Below, one piece after another: positions 10,179-18,774 of a DNA stretch of 36,633 nt (within the stretch, counting starts at the first letter, position 1; each line of letters starts with the position of its first letter). The DNA is from Bacteroidota bacterium (GTDB lineage Bacteria; Bacteroidota; Bacteroidia; Chitinophagales; Chitinophagaceae). Where the stretch lies: positions 1 to 36,633 of the forward strand of contig CANHUW010000001.1 in assembly GCA_947463975.1 (NCBI GenBank), written 5' to 3'. Under the pieces are notes generated by a model. That model was not told the origin of the DNA, did no database searches, and was given only the letters and a program-made list of their open reading frames with translations. A program made the translations under genes and the position numbers.

Positions 10179-11537
10179 CTAATTATGTGTGATAATTACA
10201 GCAGGCACAAATCTAGATGAGTACTGATCTAACTCTTTTCTAGTGTAAAATGGTGGTGGGTGATCCCCCACAATTACTAGTTTATTAACAGGGTACTGTT
10301 TAAGCAGTTTTGCTAAATGGGCAAACTGCTCCGTTATTCTATTATACTGACTTTGTAATTCAGATTTATTACCCTGCGCGCGAAAGGGCAAATGAGTGTT
10401 AATGGTAAGCACATATAAAAAAGCTTTTTTTTGAGTGCTAATTAGTTTTAAGCCATAATCAAAAACTGTTTCGTCATTTACAGATATATAGTGATTGTTA
10501 AAATTTAAAGGGCCGCTATCTTTAAAATAAGAAAAATCTTTGATTTGGTTAAACCCAGCAATTTTTCTAAAATGATACCCATTGCTGTAATACCCACTAA
10601 AAGATTGTAACGATATTGTATTATATCCTGTATTATTTTTACTTTGAGGTAAGCTTAAAGCATCGGAACTAGAATTTTGGATAATTGAATAGTATGCTTC
10701 GCCAGATTTGTTATATAGTTCCCGAACCTCTGCCAACGTTGTTCCTCCAAAAAACAAAGAAGAATCAAATTGAATTTTATATCCAAATGAATCTAAATCA
10801 AAGAGTGATTTAAGTTGCTTATTTCTATTGATTAAATCTCTATCAAGCCCCCAGCTTTCAACTATTATTAAAGCTTGCTTACTTGAAGTATCGTTAATTA
10901 GATATTTGAAGCTAATAGATTGACCCTCTCTTATATTTTTGAAATTCTTTATTTGAGATACTTTTAAGTATTTATTAAAATAAATTTTGGCATCTTGAAA
11001 CAGCAGTGTTGCCATTGGCTGAGAAAAATTATAATTTAACTTGCCATTGGGCTTGTAATTTAAACTTGAGCTGCCAAAAAATGAATCGATGCAAAAGGTT
11101 GTTAGAAACCCAATAATAAAAAAATAAAGTCCAAATTTTTTGTCATTTTTTGAAATATTGATAGAACTTAAGACACTTTTTTTAACAAGTATGTGAATTA
11201 ATAAAACAATAAAAATAAAACTCATCAAAATTAACAGCCAAGTCCTTAACTTAAAACTTGAAATAAAAATAGAATTGAGCTTTTGCAAAAAATTAAAAGC
11301 ATCAAAATAATATATTTTAGATACTGTTATGAGTAAATCAGAAACAAATAGAATCAGAACTGCAAAAAATCTAAAAAAATAGTTTTTGAAAAAACTAAAT
11401 ATAAAAGGGATTAATAAATACTCATAATATAAAAATGGACGACCTATTTGCAACAAATAAAATGTGCTTAATAGTAGATTAATGCAAACAATTAATGCTA
11501 TTAGTGAAACAGTCTTATTTGTAGAGTTTGATATCAT
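10179..11537 (-). CDS. Membrane-anchored alkaline-phosphatase-superfamily transferase (LtaS/MdoB/sulfatase-like), putative phosphoglycerol transferase
   Basis: Several N-terminal TM helices, then IVESWG (metal ligand), GGTTLAE (catalytic Thr region), TINTHLPF and VGDHPPPF motifs. Confidence 0.75.
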   Translation of the reverse strand: MISNSTNKTVSLIALIVCINLLLSTFYLLQIGRPFLYYEYLLIPFIFSFFKNYFFRFFAVLILFVSDLLITVSKIYYFDAFNFLQKLNSIFISSFKLRTWLLILMSFIFIVLLIHILVKKSVLSSINISKNDKKFGLYFFIIGFLTTFCIDSFFGSSSLNYKPNGKLNYNFSQPMATLLFQDAKIYFNKYLKVSQIKNFKNIREGQSISFKYLINDTSSKQALIIVESWGLDRDLINRNKQLKSLFDLDSFGYKIQFDSSLFFGGTTLAEVRELYNKSGEAYYSIIQNSSSDALSLPQSKNNTGYNTISLQSFSGYYSNGYHFRKIAGFNQIKDFSYFKDSGPLNFNNHYISVNDETVFDYGLKLISTQKKAFLYVLTINTHLPFRAQGNKSELQSQYNRITEQFAHLAKLLKQYPVNKLVIVGDHPPPFYTRKELDQYSSRFVPAVIITHN

Positions 11538-11567
11538 TTAGCAGATGCCATCAAATATACAATTAAG

Positions 11568-12632
11568 TTAGAAATATCTCCAAATTGAAGTTTTAGACCC
11601 TTGAGATTTAAGTTTGAGGTAATACTTACAAACAGGGAATAATATCAGTAGTCCAATTAACCATAGCAAATACATCACAATTAATGGCAATGAGTGAGAA
11701 ACAAACTTACTTATAAAGATAAATGTGTAAATATGAGCAAAATAGAAAAACAAAGATGATTGCCCAAAAACAATTAATAGCCTAAATATGTTACTTTCTT
11801 CTAATTTACTAATCATCCAAAACAATAAGCTTAAAATGCCCATATTCAAAATTATAAAAGAAATACTAGGTGGATATTTAATAACTGCTAAATAACTTAT
11901 GATACCTGATAAATTTTTGTGGTTATAATCACCAAAATTAATAAACCGAAGGATAATAAATATTAGCAGAAAAATAAGTCCGGCTTTTAAAAAATTGACT
12001 TCCCTTATCCCTAATCCAATCATTGTAATTCCAATCCAAGGTAATGCTGGATAATTTACATTAACCCAATTATTACTACCAGGTACAAATATTAAATTTA
12101 AAAAGGTATTACTAATAGGTTGTGTTAAAACGGTATTTGCAATAAAATAGTTAATAAAAAATTGCTGTTCCGATATAAATCTGCACAATAGGCTTCACTT
12201 TTATAAAAAAGGAACAAAAATTAAAGATACCCCAAGTGCATATAATACTCCTCCCCTAAATGGCGGCCATTTATCTAAACTATCTATATTAAAAAGTAGT
12301 GATGGAAAATCGAGTAGTTGTTGTAGTATAATTAAAACAATACCTCGTTTAATAAAAAAATACGCTTTGGGCCATTTATCAAAATCATTGATGCTTTTTG
12401 ATAATGAAAAAGACATGCTCATTCCCATTAAAAGTGAAAAACCTGGGGCACAGATATTTGAAATCCACCTAGTAAAAAAAACAGCATAACTGCCATAATT
12501 TGGCATTGAGCTATTCCAAGTTTCAGCGTAATGAGTTTGATAAAAGAATAAATAACAATGATCAATTGCCATAATAATCATCAATAGCCCACGTAATATA
12601 TCTATGTTTTGGAAGCGTTTTTGATTATTCAC
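11568..12632 (-). pseudogene. DUF1624 / HGSNAT-like membrane acyltransferase, interrupted
   Basis: The N-part has DILRGLLMIIMAIDH and TRWISNICAPGF; the C-part has YPALPWIG, KYPPS and FGQSSLFFYFAH. Both ORFs are in the same frame, separated by TAA (12201-12203) and TGA (12195-12197). Confidence 0.75.
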
Positions 12633-12666
12633 TTGATTAAATTGAAATAAGAGATACTAAAAGCAG

Positions 12667-12691
12667 TAATTTACTTAATTTAAGTAAATTA
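12667..12691. repeat. Perfect palindrome, 12-bp arms with a 1-nt spacer
   Basis: TAATTTACTTAA-T-TTAAGTAAATTA, read directly from the sequence. Confidence 0.85.
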
Positions 12692-12700
12692 ACCTATGAC

Positions 12701-13057
12701 CTATCGACCCTTAGCTTCTCGAATAACTTCTTTAAACTAGCAGAAGGAAGTGAATACAGAAAGCCAATAAACGCTATAGATAGTGCAGATGCAATAGTAG
12801 TGCTAAGTGGAATGTTGGAAATAAATTTAGTGGGAGATTCAATCTACATAGAATGGGGAGACCTAGATAGGTTTTTTGGAGGAATTGCTTTATTTAAAGA
12901 AGGTAAGGGTCAAAAGCTAGTATTTACTGGAGGCAAAATGCCATGGGTTAAAGCAAAGAAAACAGAGGGAGACGTGTTAAAGGAATATGCTATTTCAAGT
13001 GGCATACCTTCTGAAAAGATATTTGTAACGAAAATTATAAATCACATAGTTGTTTAG
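12701..13057 (+). pseudogene. YdcF/DUF218-family internal fragment
   Basis: The frame extends upstream of 12800 as SFSNNFFKLAEGSEYRKPINAIDSADAIVVLSG. It contains KLVFTGGK and TEGDVLKEYAISSGIPSEKI but lacks the N-terminal TM and the C-terminal NT.E.A/LVTS.FHM.R half. Confidence 0.7.
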
Positions 13058-13058
13058 A

Positions 13059-14261
13059 TTAAGATGTAAATCTTTTTAAAACCATATCAGAAACTGTATT
13101 ACCAATAGATAGCGAGCTTGTTGCTGCCGGTGACGGGGCATTTAGTATATTGATTGCAAAATTAGATTCTCTAATCTCAAAATCATCCAATAAACCACCA
13201 GTTCGATTACAAGCCTGAGCTCTAACTCCAGAGCCGCCTTCTATTAGATCAGATTCTGTAATTTCTGAAATTAACTCTTGTAATGCACGAGTAAAAGCAG
13301 ATTTTGAAAAAGATCTATAAAATTCGCCAAAGCCTGTTTTCCAATATTTTCCGACCACTTTTTGAAAACCAGGCCAAGCAAGAGTTTCTGCTAATTCAGC
13401 GAAATTAATTTGGGACTTTTTATATCCCTCTCTTTTAAATGCCAGTACTGCATTTGGGCCAGCCTCAACTCCACCCTTTTTCATTCTTGTGAAGTGTACT
13501 CCTAAAAAAGGAAAATTAGGATCTGGGACAGGATAAATTAAGTTTTTAACTAACTACTCTCTTTCAGGTTTAATTTTATAATACTCTCCTCTAAATGGGA
13601 TGATTTTAACATCAACGATTGATTCGTCACTCAGCCTTGCCACTTTATCAGAATATAAACCAGCACAGTTAATTACCAATTTAGCTTTGAATGAACTTTG
13701 TGAAGTTTGTATATGATTGATTGAATCTTTTTGATCAATCTTTATAACTTTATGTCCTGTAAAGATTTCACCACCCATTTTTTGTACTTTGTGACAATAA
13801 GCTAAAGCCACTTTTAAATAGTCTACTATCCCAGTTTGAGGTACATGAATCGCACCGACCCCTGCACAATATGGCTCATACTCTTTTAGTTCTTCTAACG
13901 TTATCTTTCTAGTTCCATTTAAACCGTTCTGAAGGGCCCTTTCTAGCAAGGTATCAAGAATTTGTAATTGGTCTTTACGAGTCGCTACCACTACCTTCCC
14001 TGTTATTTCAAATGGAATATCTTCTTCCGTGCAGAACTGAAGTAACTCATGGTAGCCATTAATACAATTAGTAGCTTTTAAAGACCCTGGCTTATAATAT
14101 AATCCTGAGTGAATGACTCCTGAATTATTAGCAGTTTGATGCTTTGCGAGTTCATTTTCTTTTTCTAAAATAACACACTTTAAATTCGGTCTTGATTGCA
14201 AGATTTTCACTCTTGTTGCAAGTCCAACAATTCCACCTCCGATTATAGCAATATCTTACAT
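13059..14261 (-). pseudogene. lhgO: L-2-hydroxyglutarate oxidase (FAD-dependent), two in-frame nonsense codons
   Basis: A single frame reads M*DIAIIGGGIVGLAT...NNSGVIHSGLYYKPGSLKA...[31 protein letters not shown]...GVRAQA...NAPSPAATSSL. Stops are at 14256-14258 (TAA) and 13554-13556 (TAG). Confidence 0.9.
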
Positions 14262-14517
14262 AAAATAGTTTAAATGAAGATATAAAATAACTAATAAATA
14301 TAAAGCTCACAACCCATGAAATTGTATTAAATCATAATAAAATATTAGCTTACATTCAACTAATAGATGATCTACCTCCACAAAATAGTACCCACTTTCC
14401 TTGTTCCTATCATACTGTCTTGTCCTGAAATAGGCTCTAAAATGCAAAAAATCACCAAGTGGCGGGTCTACTGCATTTAAATAACGTGCTGAAATTGAAT
14501 TTTTCAGAATTATAACA

Positions 14518-14561
14518 CAAACTCCTTACCAATTATGGTGAGGAAGATGTAATTCACGTAA
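14518..14561 (-). repeat. Degenerate copy of the 3' end of the sugar transferase gene (17258-17301)
   Basis: 35 of 44 ungapped identities by manual count; translates YVNYIFLTIIGKEF versus YFKYIFLTVFGKGF. Confidence 0.7.
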
Positions 14562-14738
14562 ATAAAATTAGGCTGAACTCTTAAACTCCTCCATGGTAGT
14601 ATGAACATCAGTATTGATGCGTTTGCTCTTTAGTACGTTTACTATGGTCATCTATAGGATTTTATATTTATATCAGAAAAGATTATTTATCAACTTAATC
14701 TATAATGAAACGAAATTATCCTTCACAGAAATAGGGAT

Positions 14739-16133
14739 TTATCTAGTCACGATACAATAAGGCACAAACTGATCATTGTAAAAAGCTCTGTCATCTTTTT
14801 TTACAAATGGAGGCATGTGGTCTCCTACAATTAATATTTTTTGAAATTTGTTAGGATCTAAATGGGTAGCCACATATGCTAGAAAATTACTTATCCTTTT
14901 GCTTTGATTTTTTGCTTCTTCGCTTAAATTAGCTTCTTTATCTATATCAAATTTTTTACTAAACATAGGCTTATTCAACTTTCCTTTAAAGGGCAAATGA
15001 GCATTTTCTGTTAAAAAATAAACAAACTGTTTACCTTTTGTTGCTGTTTTTGATTGAATAAAATTGAAGACATCTTCATCATTTACAGATATAAATGGCG
15101 AATCATAGTTTAGCTTGCTTTGAAAATTACTTTCAACCTGCACGTCTTCGGAGAAAAATACTTCATCTGCACCAATATTTTTCCACCAAGTCGCTCTTTC
15201 AAACATGTTAGCTTTGTAAGAGTGTATTGCAATGGTGTGATAGCCTTGCCGCTTTTTGATTTGAAATATAGATTTGAAATTTTTAGAACGGTTGGGCTTG
15301 ATAAAATAACGGTAATCGCCTTCACAATTTAATAATTCTCTCAACTCTGCACTGGTAGTACTCCCTGTAAATGGAGTTTTGCCCCAGCTTGTTTTCAAAT
15401 TCTTGCCTTCGAAAACAGCACTAATATCTTTTTGAAACGCTTCTCTTTTTAATGAATCATTGATCAAGCCAAAAGATTCTACAATCATTAGCAGTTGATT
15501 ACTCGTATTATCTGATGTGTTTTCTTTAAAAGCAATCGACTCTTTGTTTAACTGAAATAATAAAGGAGCATTTACATTCACATTTCTATTAAGTAAACTA
15601 CGATAAAATGATATGGAAGGCAACCCCGCAAAATTATCTTTATAAAAATTTAAAGGTGGATTGTAAGCCGATACAATAGATGATCCATTGATGCTATCGA
15701 GTACAAAGGTAATGGCAAGCATAGCTATAAAAAACCGTAGGCATACTTTATCGGTACCAATTTTTCTTTTGAACATCTTAAACAATAAAAATGTTCCGAT
15801 TAAGGCCAAAAAAGTTATTATCAACAAGAAGATTTGAACCGGATTGATGGCATAATTACCGAAATACTTTAAAGTATTTAAAAAATCAGGCAGATTAAAA
15901 AAATACAATTTTGAAAATACTGTAGCAATGTCTAAAGTAAAAACAAATACAAAAACTAACCAAGGCCAAAGCGAACGAACATTAAATGCCATTATAAGAC
16001 CTACCAAAAAGTATTCATATACGAATAAAGGCCTATCTATTGCAAACCAAGGCTGCAACAACGAAACAACAAGTGTGGGCCATGTTACCACCAAAAGTAA
16101 GAACCAACAGTAAGGCAATTTTTTATTCCACAT
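14739..16133 (-). CDS. Membrane-anchored alkaline-phosphatase-superfamily transferase (LtaS/MdoB/sulfatase-like), putative phosphoglycerol transferase
   Basis: N-terminal TMs, then IVESFG, GSTTSAELREL, IAIHSY, TENAHLPF and VGDHMPPF; paralog of 10179..11537. Confidence 0.78.
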   Translation of the reverse strand: MWNKKLPYCWFLLLVVTWPTLVVSLLQPWFAIDRPLFVYEYFLVGLIMAFNVRSLWPWLVFVFVFTLDIATVFSKLYFFNLPDFLNTLKYFGNYAINPVQIFLLIITFLALIGTFLLFKMFKRKIGTDKVCLRFFIAMLAITFVLDSINGSSIVSAYNPPLNFYKDNFAGLPSISFYRSLLNRNVNVNAPLLFQLNKESIAFKENTSDNTSNQLLMIVESFGLINDSLKREAFQKDISAVFEGKNLKTSWGKTPFTGSTTSAELRELLNCEGDYRYFIKPNRSKNFKSIFQIKKRQGYHTIAIHSYKANMFERATWWKNIGADEVFFSEDVQVESNFQSKLNYDSPFISVNDEDVFNFIQSKTATKGKQFVYFLTENAHLPFKGKLNKPMFSKKFDIDKEANLSEEAKNQSKRISNFLAYVATHLDPNKFQKILIVGDHMPPFVKKDDRAFYNDQFVPYCIVTR

Positions 16134-17097
16134 AAATTTTAACCATTTGAAAAATAAGCAGTGCGTACACCATAGCTAAAATATCATCAGCTACATTCCT
16201 TGTTGCGGCTGTCCATTTTAATTGTTTTTCAATTTTCCGAATACCTAAAGGCTTTAAAATATCAAAAAAGCGAAACAGTACAAACAAAATTATAACCTCT
16301 ATTATTGACAGTTCACCAACATACAGCCAAGCCAATGTTATGGCTAAGGTTTCATCTAAGGTATAAATACTCGGATCATCATTTAGTGAATTAATTTGTT
16401 TTAAAAACAAATTATAATAAGTAAAATGAATAATAAGTAAGAATAACAAAAGCCCGATTTTATATTCTAATCCTATGCTATTTAAACCGAAAAATAATAA
16501 TAAGAAAACTACTATAGAAGTGATGGTACCAGATGCTTTTTTGATAAGGATAGACGATAAACCAGTAGTGCCAAATGCATAAATTAACTGAGAAGAAAGA
16601 TTTGGTATGGAAAGTAAAAATGAAAACCAACTACAACCAATTGACAAAATCATCAATACCATTTTGAACTCGATGGAAGTTTGGTAAATAAGATGTTCCG
16701 CACTTAAATAAATAAATAATAGATACAGCAAAAAAGTTTTTGCTTTCCCTAAAAAGTTCGACTGTATATTTGCCCAATTTAACTTTCTAAAGATGACCAT
16801 TGCTAACTCTCTTGAAATGATTAAGGTTACAAAAAGCCAACTCAGTTGTTGGTTTTGAATAAAAAAAAGCAATAAAAGAAGCGAAGCTATTTTATCCGCA
16901 TACTGATCGAGCTTTACCCCAAAATTTGTAGTTAGCCCCCACTTTCTAGCTAAAAAACCATCTAGAAAGTCTGAAAGCCCTGCCCATACAGCTACAACAA
17001 ACAAGTAATCTAAATTTGTTATGAAAAATACAGGAATTAACGCCACTACCCTGCTTAAAGTAACACAATTGATAAGAATAATTTGGCTTTTTTTCAT
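16123..17097 (-). CDS. pgsA-pgpA: Fusion of a CDP-alcohol phosphatidyltransferase (PgsA-like) and phosphatidylglycerophosphatase A (PgpA-like)
   Basis: N-half: TLSR, SDFLDGFLARKWGLTTNFGVKLDQYADK, IISRE, LGKAKT. C-half: ASGTITS, DDPSIYTLDE, LFRFFDILKP, ADDILAMVYA. Confidence 0.85.
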   Translation of the reverse strand: MKKSQIILINCVTLSRVVALIPVFFITNLDYLFVVAVWAGLSDFLDGFLARKWGLTTNFGVKLDQYADKIASLLLLLFFIQNQQLSWLFVTLIISRELAMVIFRKLNWANIQSNFLGKAKTFLLYLLFIYLSAEHLIYQTSIEFKMVLMILSIGCSWFSFLLSIPNLSSQLIYAFGTTGLSSILIKKASGTITSIVVFLLLFFGLNSIGLEYKIGLLLFLLIIHFTYYNLFLKQINSLNDDPSIYTLDETLAITLAWLYVGELSIIEVIILFVLFRFFDILKPLGIRKIEKQLKWTAATRNVADDILAMVYALLIFQMVKIYVE

Positions 17098-17194
17098 TTA
17101 ATTATTGAACAAAATAACATATTATAAAAAAAGGAGTACTTACAGGTCCGTCTTCTATGAATATGAACAAAGACACTGCTAGAAAGACCGGTAA

Positions 17195-17202
17195 CAAAAA
17201 TA
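17195..17202 (-). promoter_or_regulatory. Possible -7 promoter box (TATTTTTG) upstream of the pgsA-pgpA fusion
   Basis: TAnnTTTG match about 100 bp upstream of the start; no -33 box is evident. Confidence 0.3.
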
Positions 17203-17228
17203 TGAGAATAATAAACAGAATTAATCGA

Positions 17229-17789
17229 TTAAGCATTATTGCTTTTAATTCTATCCCCAAACCCCTTACCAAAGACAGTTAGGAAGATGTACTTAAAGTA
17301 ACCAAGGGTATTTAATTCCTGAATCATCTTGAAATCGGTTTCAGCCAAGAGTTGAGGAGTGGACATATCAATCTTGTTGATTTGCGCCAGGCCGGTAATT
17401 CCTGGACGTACTGAATACACGCCACGGGAATCGCGCTCCTGAATCAGTTCTACTTGATTGAATAAGTTGGGACGTGGGCCCACCAAACTCATATCACCCA
17501 CAAAGACATTCCATAGTTGGGGAAGTTCATCCAACTTGGATTTACGCAAGAAACTTCCAAAAGGTGTAATGGAAGAAGCACTTGCCAAATGCGTAGCCAC
17601 TGATGGGGCGTTAACATGCATGGAACGAAACTTCACCAAACGGAAAGGTTTAAGAGCCTTCCCTACTCGTTCTTGACGGAAGATGGGAGAACCCGTATCA
17701 AAGTACCCAATAAAGATTAATAGAATCAGGATTGGACTTAGAAGAACTAACCCAAGGAATGAAAATAGAAAATCAAAAATACGTGTCAT
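17229..17789 (-). CDS. Monotopic phosphoglycosyl transferase (PglC-like, Bac_transf only)
   Basis: RIFD, FRQERVG, KFRSM, LRKSKLDELPQLWNV..GDMSLVGPRP, RPGITGLAQ. Confidence 0.9.
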   Translation of the reverse strand: MTRIFDFLFSFLGLVLLSPILILLIFIGYFDTGSPIFRQERVGKALKPFRLVKFRSMHVNAPSVATHLASASSITPFGSFLRKSKLDELPQLWNVFVGDMSLVGPRPNLFNQVELIQERDSRGVYSVRPGITGLAQINKIDMSTPQLLAETDFKMIQELNTLGYFKYIFLTVFGKGFGDRIKSNNA

Positions 17790-18673
17790 TTATTATTGAA
17801 TGATTTAAATGTCTTAAATAATCCTTCTCTACTTGACACTGGTAAGGGTTTACCTATTGCCGCTTTGATTTTGGCATTGCTCACCACATAGGAGGAGGTC
17901 AATTTTTGTAACCGCTCTGTATTGAGTGGAAGATGAAGTTTATCGCCTATTCTTGCGGCCTTCTCAATTAGCGATTTGGAAATATTCCAAACTTTTGGTT
18001 TTCTATTTTGTGATTGCGCAATTAAACCTATTAATTCATTAATTGAAAGCGGCTCATCGTCTGCCACATTATAAATACCTGACGGGATATCCTCCCTTTC
18101 GATGAGCTCCTTGAAAATGAACATCAAATTATCAATACTGCAGAAAGAACGCTTGTTTTCAAAAGCACCTAGTGGCCAAGGAATGTTCTTTGAAACGAGT
18201 TTATACAATAAATTCAAATTGCCTTTGTTACCGGGGCCGTGTATCATACAAGGCCTTAAAATATAAACTCTCCTCCCCTCAGGAATTTCTTTAGAGAAAA
18301 TATATTGTTCTGCTAATAATTTACTCTTACCATAGTGGGTAATTGGATTTGGGAGATGTTCTTCTGTTAAGAGACCTACTACTTCATCTGCAACCGCTTT
18401 GACAGAGCTTAAGGTAATAAACACTTTTGCGTCAGATGCAAGAAATGCGTCAAAAACATTTTTTGTTAGCTCAGTATTTACATGATAATATTCTTTTATT
18501 GCAGATGTTTTTTTTAGGTCGTGTGCTTTACCAGCGAGATGGATAACAACTTCAGCATCATCAATTTTCGATTCTTGACCTCTTGAAGAAAGACGTACAA
18601 TTTCATTGTTAAAAATATTTAAAAATGAAGTACCAACAAAACCTGATGAACCAGTAATAAATATTTTAGACAT
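17786..18673 (-). CDS. NAD-dependent epimerase/reductase (SDR), probable UDP-4-keto-6-deoxy-HexNAc 4-reductase
   Basis: ITGSSGFVG, HLAGKAH, SSVKA and YGKSK motifs. The specific activity is inferred from co-occurrence with CapD/PglF. Confidence 0.8.
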   Translation of the reverse strand: MSKIFITGSSGFVGTSFLNIFNNEIVRLSSRGQESKIDDAEVVIHLAGKAHDLKKTSAIKEYYHVNTELTKNVFDAFLASDAKVFITLSSVKAVADEVVGLLTEEHLPNPITHYGKSKLLAEQYIFSKEIPEGRRVYILRPCMIHGPGNKGNLNLLYKLVSKNIPWPLGAFENKRSFCSIDNLMFIFKELIEREDIPSGIYNVADDEPLSINELIGLIAQSQNRKPKVWNISKSLIEKAARIGDKLHLPLNTERLQKLTSSYVVSNAKIKAAIGKPLPVSSREGLFKTFKSFNNK

Positions 18674-18774
18674 AATAAAACATTCAAAAATTAGCTAAAA
18701 ATGAAAATGATCTGAAAATTTATTTTACCTAAAAAAATTGAAAAGCACTTATTAACAAGTTATAACACTATATT

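Noticed and set aside
13554-14258. Stop-codon reassignment of TAA/TAG to Tyr
   Set aside because: Intact neighbouring genes end in TAA and TAG at family-appropriate lengths; pseudogenisation explains the pattern more simply.
14300-14651. A - strand frame from the ATG at 14651 with two internal stops (…DPPLGDFLHFRAYFRTRQYDRNKESGYYFVEVD…)
   Set aside because: No family recognised. It may be another gene remnant but cannot be supported without a search.
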